Assembly (NCBI GenBank): GCA_965112155.1
Contig: OZ218104.1
Origin: Podarcis liolepis
Lineage: Eukaryota
DNA: 64,000 bases
Strand: one strand, 5' to 3'
How positions within the stretch are numbered: the stretch's first letter is position 1; every line of letters starts with the position of its first letter. Shown here one piece after another: positions 50,134-62,855 of this stretch. The notes under the pieces are model-generated. The model saw only the letters and a program-made list of their open reading frames with translations. It was not told the origin of the DNA and did no database searches. A program made the position numbers and the translations under genes.

Positions 50134-51078
50134 TGATGGAAACTGGATAAGCATGCATGGACTTAAGTGCACACTTGAGTCTGGCGGTGTAAGCTGGGAA
50201 ACTGCTTTGGCCAAACTTGTGGATTGTTAGGCTTGGCTGGGTTTGGAAAAGTGATTTGTGCACACTTGAGGTGGGATGAGATGTGGGAGCAGGGAGAGGC
50301 TTAGGAAGCTGGATGCTGTTTTGGGGCAGAAGTCTAATGAGAAACACAGATGTCTGGTTAAATATATGCAAAGCATATGCTTTGTACTCTTAACATGCAA
50401 AATGAGTTAAAATATTAAACCTCAGCAGCACAACTATGTGAGTTAGTAACTGCGGGGGTTTGCTTCCAAGGGTTCTGAAAATGTGTATGCTCAAAACACT
50501 TGGAACTGCTCCTGTGTCAGCATCCCTTCCAGAGCCTGTGCGCTGAGCAGGCCTTGACTTCCAAGCAAGGCTAAGAGCTTAAAAGCCCTTCCTGCGCTGT
50601 GAAAATGAGGCACAATAGAGCTTTTAAGCTCTCTGCATTGCATGCATTTAACATGTGCATTTTGAACCGGCCTGCCTTCAACTGTGCAAGGTTTAAATGA
50701 CACACGTTAACTGCGCATAAGATGCCACCATGCTATATTTTGCAAGGTGGAGACTGGAAGTTGAGAGGGAGTTGTCATGTTCCTGGTCATCCACTGAGCT
50801 GATTGCTCACTTGGTGCTGGGACCCTTCCAGCACCAGGACAGACCCTTCCTTTTCCTCCCATTCTCTTCTCCTGGCTGGTGGGACCCAGGAGCTTCAGCA
50901 TGCAGTTTTGGTGTCCAACCGCTGGGACTTCCTTCTCCATCTTATCAGTTACCCAATAAGGTGACTGAGAAGCATTTATGGGACTTGAGAGCACTGAAGT
51001 TCATTTCTTCTGCTTGCGCTATATAGTTTTTTCCCACTGGCCCCTCATTCCTTATTTCCTTTGTATTATCTGCTTCAG

Positions 51079-54000
51079 GCCTGAGCAACGGATATGAGGC
51101 GAAGAAACGCCCGGGCAGCATTGCTGTCCGACCTGATGCGACCTCTCCGGCCCTCTCGAATGGTGGTGAGGTCCACGGCAATGCCATCCACATCCCCACC
51201 GTTGATGGGAAACTACGGCCCACCGTCATCCCCAAGGGCGGTGCCCGCGTCTCCCTGCAGGCCCTGGAGGCCCTGGAGGCCGACACCTCCCTCCAGCGCC
51301 ACATCAACTGCGTCTACTACGACGACTCACTCCTGGGGCGCAAGACGGCGGCGAAGCTGTCCCCCTTGGCCAGGCCCAAGTCTCTGGCTGTGCCCTGGAT
51401 GACCACCCAGCCAGGCTCCCCCGAGCTGCTGGGCCCCGTCATGTCCATCTCTCCGCAGGGCACCTACCTGTCGAAGATCATCCCCAACGCCGTCATGCCT
51501 CCCATGGTGGACGTCATCGCCCTCTCGCGTAACAAGGTGCGCACGCTGAGCCGCTGCAGCCTCTCAACTGCCAGCCCGGCCTCCGTGCGCTCGGTGGGAC
51601 GCTTCCCTTCTGGCCCCCGCAGCCGCGAGCACTCCTCCTCCAGTGACAACTGGAGCCATTCCCAGTCCACAGAAACCATCGTTTCGAACACCTCCACCAT
51701 CTCCTCACACGGGGGAACCGACAGCAGGAAAGGCGAGGCCAGGCCCGATGGACAGGTACAGGGGGCGGCTAGGCCCGACTTGGACCAGCTCAGTACCTTC
51801 AGCTCCATGAGCGGCACCAGCTCAAACTGCCACGGTGGCAAGGCCGCCCCTGCCTCCCCCCACCTCCTTGGGGTGCGGCCCCCCGGAAGCAGCGGGCGGG
51901 CCTCCCCTGCCTACAGCACCGGCAGTGCGGCAGAGGGCTCAGACAGCATGAGCGTGCGGAGCGACCGTTCCTCCACCCGCAGCGTCTCCCTCAGGAAGAT
52001 GAAGAGAGCCCCCGCACCCCCGCGCAGGACGTACTCCCTGCACAAGAAGGCTCAGCAGCTGGAGGCCGAGGGGGCACCCAGAGCAATGGGCCTGCCCCCC
52101 ATGCCAGAGCGCAGGCCCCCACGGGAAGGCAGCGAGGCGTGGGCTGTGGGGCGGCTAGGGAGCCCCAGCCTAACCGGGGACGACGAAGTGTTCTCCCCCT
52201 CCTCGCAGAGCGAGACCAGCAGCCTCCGTTCTGACAGCCTGGCCTGCTCTCCCAACGTCTCTCACCGGAGCCCGACCATCCGAGAGGAGGGGCAAGTGGA
52301 TGAGACGTCGGAGGTCCCCTCGAAGCACAGCTCCCCCGACCACTATGGCCGCACGATGTCGCCCTCCAGCGGGTACTCGAGTCAGAGCGGCACGCCCACC
52401 CTCCACACCAAGGGCCTTGTGGCCCACGCCTCGCCCTCCGGGAAGAAGAGGCCCCAACCAAAGAAGCCGGAGCGGGTCTGCTCCTTGCAATCCCCGGGGC
52501 CCTCCGTCTCCTCCTCCCTGACATCCTTGTCCTCCTCTGCCTCGGATCCAGCCACTGTGGAGGGGACGGCCCCGCATTCAGCAGGACCCTCTGCCAACGC
52601 TGCCCCCGCTCTGAATAAAATGGACAGGTTCCTTATCCCTCCTCACCCCAAGGTGCCAGCTCCTTTCTCCCCTCCACCCACCCAGGGCCAACTGGCGGAA
52701 CCCAAACCTGCCAATGCCCCGGCCCCCACGGGCCAACCTCACCAACAGCCCGCTGTCCTTACGAAAGCTAGTCGCAGGTCGCCTCCTCCGTCTCCCCCTC
52801 CGGCCTACCACCCGCCACCACCCCCAGCGAAGAAGGCCAGTGCCATTCCGGAGGCCCCAGCTGCCCCTACACCTTCTGAGACCGTGCCGGACGCTCCCGC
52901 GGATCCTTTGTGGCCCCCTCCACCCCCACCAGTGCCCGACGCCCATGACCTCTCCATGGCTGACTTTCCTCCCCCGGACGAGGCCTACTTTGTGCCACCC
53001 CTGCCAGAGCCCCAGCTGCAGGCTGTGGGGACACCCTCCCTTCAAGTCACTGTGGCAGCTCCTGCAGAGAAGGAGCAGCCGGCCAACCAAAGAGCAGCCC
53101 TTGCGGAGGAGGGCCAAGTGCTGGCCTCTTCGCCCTCCTTCTCCACAAGAGTGTCCTCCAAGATCCAGCAGCAGGGGGCGCCGGACGCCGCACCACTGCC
53201 AGCTCCTCAAGCAGAGCCGCCGCCACCTCCTAAGTTCCCTGCGGCAGGAGAAACTTCCCTCCACTGGAAGCCCACTGGCCCGGCGGCAACAACCTCCAGC
53301 CTCCAAGCCCAGCCCAGCCTTAAGAAGCCTGCCGCCAGCGCCCACCCCGACCTCAAGAAAGAGCCGGCATCTCGCAGCAAGAGCAACTCCACGCCAAAGG
53401 AGGACGCCAGCCTCCCCATTGTGACCCCTTCCCTGCTGCAGATGGTCCGCCTGCGCTCGGTCCACATGGACACCCACGCCCCTTCTGCGAGCCCAGCGGC
53501 AGCCAACCCCGTGGCGGAGCAGAACGGGCCGAGCACTGGGGTCAGCGGGAAGTTGGGGCAGCCTGCCCCACAGAAGCCTGTCCGCAAGTCGCTCTCCTTG
53601 AGGGCCCCGAAGGACAGCAGCGGTCCATCTTCAAACCCCCTGCACGATGCCGTGCGCCTGAAGGCCTCCACACTGTCTTCCAGAGACGCGCCAGGCCTCA
53701 GAGGGGCTGAGAAGAAGGCTGGCCACCGGCTGACGCTGCCGGCTTTCCCCACCGCAGCAGCTGCTCCCGCCGGCGAGGCGAAAGAGGACCAAGTGTCCCC
53801 CCACCACAAGTCCCCGGCTTCGACGGCCAGCTTCATCTTCGCCAAGAGCCCCAAGAAGCTGGTCATCGACACCTCGGCCTCCCCAGAGGCCCAGGCCAAC
53901 CTGAAAAAGAACCTGGTTGCGGAACTGATGAATGTCTCTGGTCAGCGGTCCACGGCAGCCCTGGGGCTCCCCCAGCAGGGCTCAGGAAAGCCCCAGGCCC

Positions 54001-54228
54001 GGAAGATCCCTCCACCCATAGCCAGGAAGCCCTCGCTAGGGCCAGGCCAGCTGCCGTCTCCCCGGAGCCCCAAGCCAGCAGGAGCTGAGGAGTTGAGCTC
54101 CACCCTGCCAGTGGCTGGGGACAGGACTAAGAGTGAGGGGTCTGGTCACCAGGCCGCTCTCCTTGGGGATAGCAGTGACAGCCCCCCAGCAGGGCCTGCA
54201 ACACCACTACAGAGCCCCCCAGCACAAG
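51079..54228 (+). CDS. NHSL3: NHSL3 large exon 6 (Ser/Pro-rich region)
   Basis: 3150 nt open frame, ttcag| ... G|gtaag, motifs ARVSLQAL, MSISPQGTYLSKIIP, SPSSGYSSQSGTPT, IVTPSLLQMVRLRSV, KSPASTASFIF. Confidence 0.95.
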
Positions 54229-54895
54229 GTAAGGGGCTGAGCAGGGTGGGGATTGAGTGGTCCCGATTCAGCTGTGGCAACACACTTGATATTGGAAGGT
54301 CTGTCCTGGGGGTTGTTGGGCAACTGTTATTGACTGACCACGGTGCTTTATACTCACACCGTTTGACCAATGCAGGCCCTGATTTCTTGCCCTTTTTCTG
54401 CCAGTCATGTTGACTATGTCTCCAGATTCTCCCTGGGCAAGAACAGGAGGGGGTGGGTTGCCATCATGCCCTGCTTGGGGGCTCCTAGTAACAGGAAAAA
54501 GAATGCTATGCTGGAGAATTTTTTAAAAATCTAATTATGTATTTTGTTTTACAGTTGCCCAGTGATGTAAGTGCAGCATTACTGCTGTTTGTTACAGTGT
54601 AATCCTTCTTAAAATATAGTACAATTTCATCTTGCACAGGGGTTATGTTCTGGGGGTGGTGCATATACGTAAAACGACACACCTGGTAGCATTTACCCCC
54701 ACCCCCAAACAAGGCAGAGAGCTTTTAAGTTTTTGTCTCTGGTGTGGATTCTACATAGCTCTCTTGCTTCCTTTCTCCACAGCTGATTAACTGAGGTTGA
54801 GGGAGAGTTGTAGGCTTGGGAGGGGAGGTGCAGTCCCGTCACAAGGCGCTGGATTCCAGCTCTGAAACCCATTGCCTCTGCTTTTCTCCTTGCAG

Positions 54896-54918
54896 ATTTA
54901 CAGGAGGAGATGGCCTGA
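54896..54918 (+). CDS. NHSL3: NHSL3 last coding exon (DLQEEMA*), then long 3' UTR; spliced CDS 1226 aa (1b) or 1236 aa (1a)
   Basis: Strong acceptor ctgcttttctccttgcag|, phase-compatible, short C-terminal peptide similar to recalled DSQKELA*. Confidence 0.85.
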
Positions 54919-57733
54919 AGGGAGACCCTGCAGCATGGTTGCCCCTGAAATACAGGAATTGAAAATAATTAACATACACAGAAAGGAAAAAAAATCTCAG
55001 GGACCTGAGCAGGCCAGAGGAGGTCCTGGATGCGACGAAAAGGAAGACAAAACAGCCTTAGCCTCTGATGGCCTTGATATTTATGCAAAAATTGTGTCGG
55101 TTTCACTTTTTCTTCAGTAATACGGCTTTATTTTACATACAGAGACAAAAGTAGCACAACACCTTTCCTTGCTGCCGCCTCCTCCCTCAATGGGGCAGCT
55201 TTTCTCAGCTGGGGTTTTACTTTTCCCATTGTGGGGTGGTTGTTTTTTTTGGTGCATAAGGAAAATGGCTTTTAAGAACAATGGACAATGAGGACGGTTT
55301 GCGCTTCCTGCTCCCCCTGCCCCATCCCAAGGAGAAGCTGGCAGAGTCGAACCAACCTGGGCTGTGTGTGTGTGAGTGTGTGTGTGTCCGTCCCCCAGAA
55401 GAGCCCCCTCCCTTCTTTTCTCTTTGTGGTGGGGTTGGGAGCATCGCCTGCTTTTGCACCCCTGGAATTGTACAAAACAAGCACTTTCTCAAATCGAGGC
55501 TGGAGACTGCAAGGATGGCTGCTTATGGAGAGCTGCTTAGGCTTCCCAAATGCTGCTGGGGCCCAGATCCTTTCTGCTTCTCTCCTGTGTGCTCCTGTGA
55601 AGAGCTTGCACTGAAGGGACCCTGCAAGTTAGCCTTGCTGTTCTAGTGGTGGGCCCATGTGGTGATGCACCTGGCTAGCCCAGGTAGGGTTCCTTGGTGC
55701 AAACTGGTCAACAGCTGATTCTGGGTGGAGGGTGAGCTGCACCCTTCCCGTGGGAGACAGCTAGGAGGGGACCTAGTATAATTCCACCATAGCACAAATA
55801 GGGACACATAATTGTTCTACTCTCTCTCCTTTTTCAGACGCCACTTATGTTACCTTCTTTGTGCCTAGAACTGTCCCCCAAGGGTGGGTCGTCTCCTTGA
55901 GGGTCCAGGTACGAGAAACCCTTTGAGAGGCTCACAAGACATAGCAGGGCATGTGCAAGAGGTGTGTGCTGGTCTAGCTGGTTGGTGCCTTTAGCAAACA
56001 GCTGGAGTGGGGGGAGACTTGGCGGGAGGGGCAGCCAGAGCCCCTTGGAGCTTAGCTCTTCACTGCCAAAACGCTAAAGGTCCGGGGCATTTTGCAGCAA
56101 AACATTCCAGGCCTAGAGCATCCTACCTTGGAGCAAGGGGATTGAATGGGTGATTCGGGGTGGGGTAGGGTGGGCAAAGGCTCTTCCATTCGGCAAGCAA
56201 AGCTCTTCTCCTCCTTCCCATTCAGCATGGTGGATGTGGTGTGATTCTGGCTTTGGCAGTATCATTTTCTTTGGTGAATTTGAAACTTCCTGGAGGGGAA
56301 GGGATAGCAGGAGGTCATCAGGTAAGTATTAAGGCAGCTTTGAGAGCCAACCTGGGTCAGGGGTTCGTGTGCATCCCTTGTGAGAAGCCCGCTGGCTTGC
56401 AGAGTCCAGCTTCACCCAGGGCACACCTGCTGCTACAGGCAAATAGTGTGTTGAAGTGGATATGGTTGCCCACCTCTCGTCGTCAGTGGCGTGTTGCCCT
56501 GATGTTGGCCACGGAAAGGTGCAAACTCTGCAAGCGGTGCCAGGGGCAGGGCAGAACCCCTCTACTCCCAGTTGCTACATGAAGCTACCAAGAAGGGTTG
56601 GGCATCCCAGGGTCACTACTAAACCTCTGAGGAACACAAGAATTCATTCAAAGGGTTTGTAGGCTGACTAAGTGCTCTGTGTGCACATAATCTTTGATGA
56701 CAAAAGGGCGTTGGGCGGTTGCTGCCGGCCAGGGTAGACCGAGCCATCTTTGCCAAGTTGCTGCCTTCCAGATCTTCAGGAATGGCAACTCCCACCAGCC
56801 CCTGCCAGAGCAGCTGCTTCTGCTGCTGGGAATTGTGATCCAAAACACCCAGAATGTAAGTTAGGAAAGGGCTGGAATAGAGCACTGAGCTGACCAGGCA
56901 ACATGGTCTGAAGTAGTTGCCTGCGTTTGAAAAGCCCTGCTCCGAAATGTGATGGCAGGTGATGGTTTTTAGGTACCCCAAACTTGTGGCTGTTCATTCA
57001 TTTTGCCTCCCCCCCCCCCAGCCTAGGGCCATTATTAGGTGGCAAGGTGGGAGACTCAGCTGTGTGTTGCCACCATACCGAACCCCCCCCCCCGCCTCCA
57101 CCAACCTGCCTCCTTTTCCTGGTGCTGTACTTACGACCGTGTGTGCCTGATGTTACAAACCCCAGCAGTGAGCCTCTCCCAGGAAGCGCTCTTTTCCTCT
57201 GCTGGAGACCCCCCCCTCCCCTGAACACCTTCTCCAGGCTACATCAGCTGTCAGGAGCTCACGCCTAGCTAAGAGGCTTTCCTTCTCACCCTTCAAGCGG
57301 GGGGTGGGGTGGGGTGGGAATATCGTAATTTCCCTCTGAACCTCAAGTTACTCTTACCCCAAGGCTGCAGCCTCCTCCCAGATTGTTCTGCCAAGAGCCA
57401 ACACAGCACTTTGAAGGCAGGAGAACAGACAAATCAGAAGATGAGTTTGGTGGGGGTGGGGGTGCCCCAGTGGGGCTGGGCACAGCATTTAGAAATGACA
57501 CCAAGCACCTGAATTTGTCCCCCACCCTCAATGCCTTTGTTTTCTATTCTTTAGGAACATTAGACAGCTGATTTATATAGAATTTTGAAGAAGAAAATCT
57601 TGGGTCATTTGCTTTGGATTTTATCCCTCATGATTGTAAAACAGGAGTGGGGGAGGGAGCTACCTTTGAGAAAGGGATGAGAGGGGGGAAAGATGGTGAA
57701 ATACATTTTTAAAGACTGTCTTTGTAAAGATAA

Positions 57734-57739
57734 ATTAAA
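57734..57739 (+). terminator. NHSL3: Candidate NHSL3 polyadenylation signal (ATTAAA)
   Basis: Preceded by TGTA elements, followed by U/GU-rich tract. Confidence 0.5.
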
Positions 57740-57920
57740 GCTTGCTTGCTTGCTTGCTGTCTCTCTTACCTTTTCGCTGTGGTGTGAATATATTTGTTGT
57801 GGGAGGATGAGATTTTATTACCAACAAAAAAGAGGGAAGAGTCTGGAGTGTGTCTGTGCAGAAGGTGCTGGTGTGCAATGGAGGAATCCCAAGAGCAGCC
57901 AGGGCAAGTGAGGTCTAACC

Positions 57921-58061
57921 TAAGGTTACCAGATTCCCCCCCCCCCCCCAATTAATCTGGGGACACTTTTCAACTTCCTGCTAAATAGATGGATTTTGTC
58001 AGGGGACTGATTTGTAAATCCAGGGACTGTCCCCAGGAAAGGGGAATGTCTGGTAACCTTA
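57921..58061. mobile_element. hAT-like MITE (related copy at ~49319-49434)
   Basis: TIRs taaggttaccaga / tctggtaacctta; shared interior 'atctggggacacttttcaa...ggggactgatttgtaaatccagggactgtccc'. Confidence 0.7.
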
Positions 58062-58485
58062 GTCTTAATAATCACACCCTGCAGCAGAGGGGATGCAGTA
58101 AGTGTGTGCAACCATCCACAAGTGATCAACCCACTTGCTGGCCATCCTGCCTGATCAAGCAGAAGTTTCTCTGTCTTCCATCTGGTGGGGATGGGTAGGC
58201 GGCTTTGCAGCCTATTCCAGTCCAAGCAATGTTACCCCCCCCCCAAGTGAACAGAGTTTGCAGCTGAGTGCATGAATGCACATCATGCCGGCTGGAGCTA
58301 ATGGTGGTTGTAGTCCAGAACAAACCTCCGTAAGCATATAAAATGCAAGTGTGCCGGTTACAGCAAACGGAGGTTTGCTCAAATCCCTCTCATTAAGCAT
58401 GTACAGGCTCACTCACAATAAAAGCAAAGTCTCCGAGTGCTACCACAGTAAATATTCCTTATGGAATAAGCTGAAGTGAAGGCCC

Positions 58486-58521
<36 letters not shown>

Positions 58522-59368
58522 TTATTATTTGTACCCCGCCCATCTGGCTGGGTTTCCCCAGCCACTCTGGGCGGCTTCCACAGAAACCAAAAAACACTAA
58601 AATATCATACATTAAAAGCTTCCCTGAATAGGGCCGCCTTAAGATGTTTTCTGAATGTCAGGTAGTTGTCCATCACCTTGACATCCGATGGGAGGGCATT
58701 CCACAGGGCGGGCGCCACCACCGAAAAGGCCCTCTGCCTGGTTCCCTGTAGCTTCGCTTCTCGCAATGAGGGAACCGCCAGAAGGCCCTCGGCGCTGGAC
58801 CTCAGTGTCCGGGCAGAACGATGGGGGTGAAGACGCTCCTTCAGGTATACTGGGCCGAAGCCGTTTAGGGCTTTAAAGGTCAACACCAACACTTTGAATT
58901 GTGCTCGGAAACGTACTGGGAGCCAATGTAGGTCTTTCAAGACCGGTGTTATGTGGTCTCGGCGGCCGCCCCCAGTCACCAGTCTAGCTGCCGCATTCTG
59001 GATTAGTTGTAGTTTCCGAGTCACCTTCAAAGGTAGCCCCACGTAGAGCGCATTGCAGTAGTCCAAGCGGGAGATAACTAGAGCATGCACCACTCTGGCC
59101 AGACAGTCAGCGGGCAGGTAGGGTCTCAGCCTGCGTACCAGGTGGAGTTGGTAGACAGCTGCCCTGGATACAGAATTGACCTGTGCCTCCATGGACAGCT
59201 GTGAGTCCAAAATGACTCCCAGGCTACGCACCTGGTCCTTCAGGGGCACAGTTACCCCATTCAGGACCAGGGAGTCCTCCACACCAGCCCGCCCCCTGTC
59301 CCCCAAAAACAGTACTTCTGTCTTATCAGGATTCAACTTCAATCCATTAGCCGCCATCCATCCTCCAA
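58486..59368 (-). mobile_element. Young 5'-truncated L2 LINE
   Basis: Uninterrupted RT C-terminus 'WMAANGLKLNPDKTEVL...SRLDYCNALY.GLP...LHWLPV...AFSVVAPALWNALP...FREAF', 3' stem-loop region and trinucleotide (TTA/TAA)n tail. Confidence 0.9.
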
Positions 59369-59451
59369 GACAGGTGTTGATCATAATGTGAGCTGTGCAC
59401 AGGTGGGCTGGAGCGAGCGAGCGAGCTACCACCATTCCTGTGGAGCCTCCT

Positions 59452-59457
59452 TTTATT
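59452..59457 (-). terminator. YARS1: Candidate distal YARS1 polyadenylation signal (AATAAA); proximal candidate at 60325-60330
   Basis: TTTATT on + strand downstream of the YARS1 stop; usage not determinable from sequence. Confidence 0.4.
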
Positions 59458-60836
59458 GAGACAAACATGCAAGCTAGGCAAATACATTTTTGGGCTGTGA
59501 CCTTTACACATCTTCCATCCCGAAATCGTGGGGTGGTACAGAGCTATTTTGGCACCTGTTCCACAGCGTCATTTTCCCCTTGCACAGTGTATGACGTAGG
59601 AGACAAAAGGTCTCAGGGAAAAACTTACAGACAGGACACCGCTGACTCTGAGACCGCAAAAGGTCAGACATGGGTGGAACGATGTACCAGACAGCTGTGG
59701 CTTGTCTGGGGGGGGGGTTTCCCTGCACCCCAAGGTCACGCATGCAGGCAGATTGTGGCTGCCTGCTGGTGGGGAAGTGAGCTCCCTCCGGACCCCACTC
59801 CCCACTCCGCGATATCCCTACATAAGCTTCTATAACCTACATGCACAAAATGTTCTCCTTGTGCAGATAGATTCATGGTAAAAGGTAGAGACAGATGGCC
59901 TCGAGTTTGGACACTTCTACCAGGAAAAAAGTGTTCCTGGTTTGCTTTTTATGGCAGCTACTCCAGCTCCTCATGTCTCTCTCACACACACGCTATCTGC
60001 CTTTGCCAACCTGGTAACCTGCAGATATTCTAACCTACAAAACCCATCAGCCCAATCAAAATTGTCCAAAACGTCTAGAGGCACCAGGATGGGGGAGTCC
60101 GACTTAAAGTACTACATAACCCTTAGCTATAAAACATGCCCATCCCTCTGCTAGTTAAACAACCAGTTTAACTACAACTACATGGGGTATTTATCACCTT
60201 GTGCCATTTCCCTGTGAAAAATGAACTATTTGATCGGTTACCAAGCATGTTAGAAAGCAAGTCATCTTGGGCTGAATGCACCTGCTACCACAGAAAAGCA
60301 CCAGGAACCACATGGTGTGACCATTTTATTTGGGGAAATGACAGATGATTTGGAATTCAGTGTTTATGCCAGATGGACCTAACCGTTGCCAATCTGGTAA
60401 GAGATCCTGTCCAAATTTTGCCAGCCTGAGTCCGAGCTCAACATCATAGACCTGTTTTAAGCAGAGTATGACAAACATCCTGGAAGGCATGTGGACCAAC
60501 CCATCATAAGAGGGCAGATCTGTGCCAGCAGCATTTCCTTTTTCTCCTACAACATCTGGAGAGGTTTCCATCACTGTCAGAAGGACGAGGCCATTGGCTC
60601 TTTTCTCCTCATTATAAATAAGACGTGCTGGAGAGAGGGCCTCATTGCACCGGCCACCTGCTTCTAGGTGCCCTTCCCCATTCTGTCCATGTCAAAAGAT
60701 GGAAGCCATGTCAATTTTTTCATGGGTCAGGTCCAGCTGGGTTGGAATCTCATGGCTGGGAGTACAATGTAAGTATGGAGGATGTTTGTCGGGCAATAAC
60801 TGGCACGCATAAGCTGAAAGTGCGAGGCAGAGGCAG

Positions 60837-60947
60837 CTAGCGGATGCTGCCGCTTTTCAGAGTTTTGCAGGTGAGGTTCCCCAGTTTGGTCATTAAGTTC
60901 TTCCCCTTCCACTGGGCCACAGAAGCCTCAGAAATCTGGAAGTCTGC
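60837..60947 (-). CDS. YARS1: YARS1 last coding exon ([36 protein letters not shown])
   Basis: Acceptor ttctcttctcag|, 111 nt to TAG, matches TyrRS C-terminus [23 protein letters not shown]... Confidence 0.95.
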   Translation of the reverse strand, partial: ADFQISEASVAQWKGKNLMTKLGNLTCKTLKSGSIR

Positions 60948-61977
60948 CTGAGAAGAGAAAGAACAGGCAGGGTGATTTTTCCAGTCCTGTCATGCTGAGG
61001 GGCCACAGCTTTGTGGCAGAATACTCGACAGTGCAGAAGGTCCCAGGTTCAATCCCTGGCAGGTCCAGAGAAGACTTCTAATCAGGAATCCTGCAGAACT
61101 GCTGTCAGCCAGTATAGGCAATAGTGAGTAGGATGTACCAAATGTTTGATACAATAGGAGGAATAGCAGGAACAGCCTCCTATGTTGACATCAGCTTTGG
61201 CTGGCCTGGTGCTCTTCAGATGTTCCAGACTACAAGAGTTCCAGGCAGCTGAGGGAACTTGTAGTTTAAAACAACTGGAGGGCACCAGGTTCGCACAGGC
61301 TTGTCTACCTTAGTTAAACATGGTGGACAAGGGAAACCAGACCTTACTAGCTTAGAGGAGGAGGAGGTGACAACCTCCTTGATCCTTTTGAGCAAAAGTT
61401 ATTTTCATCCTAAAATATTCACATACTACAGCCATATATTATCAAGCTAACCAACACACCGCCCACTCCTTTATTAACTGCTTGGGACTGCTTTTATTCT
61501 TACATTTAAAAAATGTATTAGATTCTCTCTCCAGTTTAAAAATGCCTAATGGGGCATCAGCGTTTTGTTTTATGAAAAGAAGTTGCAGGAATAGGTTAAT
61601 CAGAGCCCCCATATTTTGCACCAGTCGGAAGGCTCAGTTCTCCATATTTAAGAAGATCAGGGTCGACTTGCCCTTTTTGCAGAATCTGTGATGCTCCCTA
61701 ATAGTACGAGACAACCCTCTGCAGGCACGGCACACAGCTCTGAAGCCTTTTCTACCTGCCCTGCAGCAGAAACTCTGCCCTCCTGCAAGGGCGGTGATTT
61801 AGGATTGCAGAGCAATTCCTGGACTAAGGAATGTCTGCCTTTGCTTTAAGCCAGTGTGCCTCATGCTGGTTGGAGCCAACAGGAGTAGTAGTCCCCAAAA
61901 CACCTGGAGGGCACATAGTTGCTCAGCTGCCCAATATGGAGGTATCTGCCACTCGGAGGAGCCTCTTCCTTGCTCAC

Positions 61978-62119
61978 CTGCAGCTTCTCAAAGACCTTTT
62001 TCTTGGGTTTCAGCTCCTCATCAGGCTGGCCTTCTTCGTAGCCCTCCACAAACACCCGCTCACCGGGGCAGGAGCCGGCCGGGGGGTCCAGGGGCTCTAT
62101 TTGGCAGGGCTCCCCAGCA
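61978..62119 (-). CDS. YARS1: YARS1 exon (..[40 protein letters not shown])
   Basis: 142 nt phase 2-0, canonical sites. Confidence 0.95.
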
Positions 62120-62307
62120 CTGGAAGAAGAGGATAATCATGTTAGCGGCAAGCAGGCTTCAGTCGGCCTCTTGCTTCGCCTAACAGGAAAACATAGCCAA
62201 GGGATAACTAATGCCTGCTTATGCCCCCAGTAAGTGGAACGTTGATCCATTTGCAGCCCCCTCTGCATGAGCCAAAGTCTGCCTGCCCTACTGTCCACTG
62301 CACACAC

Positions 62308-62501
62308 CTGCAAGCGCAGAGCAGCATGGCCTGGGACTCCAGTCCCCGCATCTTTTGAGGCTTCAGGTTGCACACCAAGACCACCAGCCTGTCCTGCAGC
62401 TCCTCTTTGGGCACGTGCTCCACCAGCCCACTGACCACCGTCCGCGGCTCAGGCTCCCCCACATCAATCTTCTCCACGTACAGCGTGTTGGCATCAGGAT
62501 G
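62308..62501 (-). CDS. YARS1: YARS1 exon ([27 protein letters not shown]...[20 protein letters not shown]), EMAP-II-like domain
   Basis: 194 nt phase 0-2, canonical sites, OB-fold tRNA-binding motifs. Confidence 0.96.
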
Positions 62502-62757
62502 CTGCGAAGGGAGAAGGGCGGCGTCACAGCCCTTTTGTGAAAAGCTGAATGGCCCGTCCAGGGTTGCAGGCACCCCGCAATCTCCCACGCACCCCAAGCC
62601 CAGTACAGAAGCCCAGGGAGCGTGATGGAGACCTCTGCACGCGCTCTCAAGAGTCCTGATGCCAGCACCCTTCTGTCAAGAAGAGCCCGCTTAGTCCTGC
62701 ATCTTGCTCTCCCAGAGGCCAACCAATTGCCTCTAGGAAGCCCTCTGGCAGGCTTAC

Positions 62758-62855
62758 CTTCTCTACGCTGAGCACTCTGCCAACACGAAGGTCCACCCGA
62801 GATGGCACCACTTCCTCCGGGTCAGAGTTCTTCGTGGGGCCTTTCGCTGAAGGCT
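62758..62855 (-). CDS. YARS1: YARS1 exon ([33 protein letters not shown])
   Basis: 98 nt phase 1-0, canonical sites. Confidence 0.95.

Noticed and set aside
51464-53899. Long antisense and alternative-frame ORFs (e.g. 52578-53477, 53207-53899, 52714-53424)
   Set aside because: Shadow ORFs of the GC-rich, Pro/Ser-rich NHSL3 exon 6.
54229-54413. C-terminal part of the 1015-aa ORF (KGLSRVGIEW...)
   Set aside because: Lies after a consensus G|gtaag donor; intronic run-on, with the true end in exon 54896-54918.
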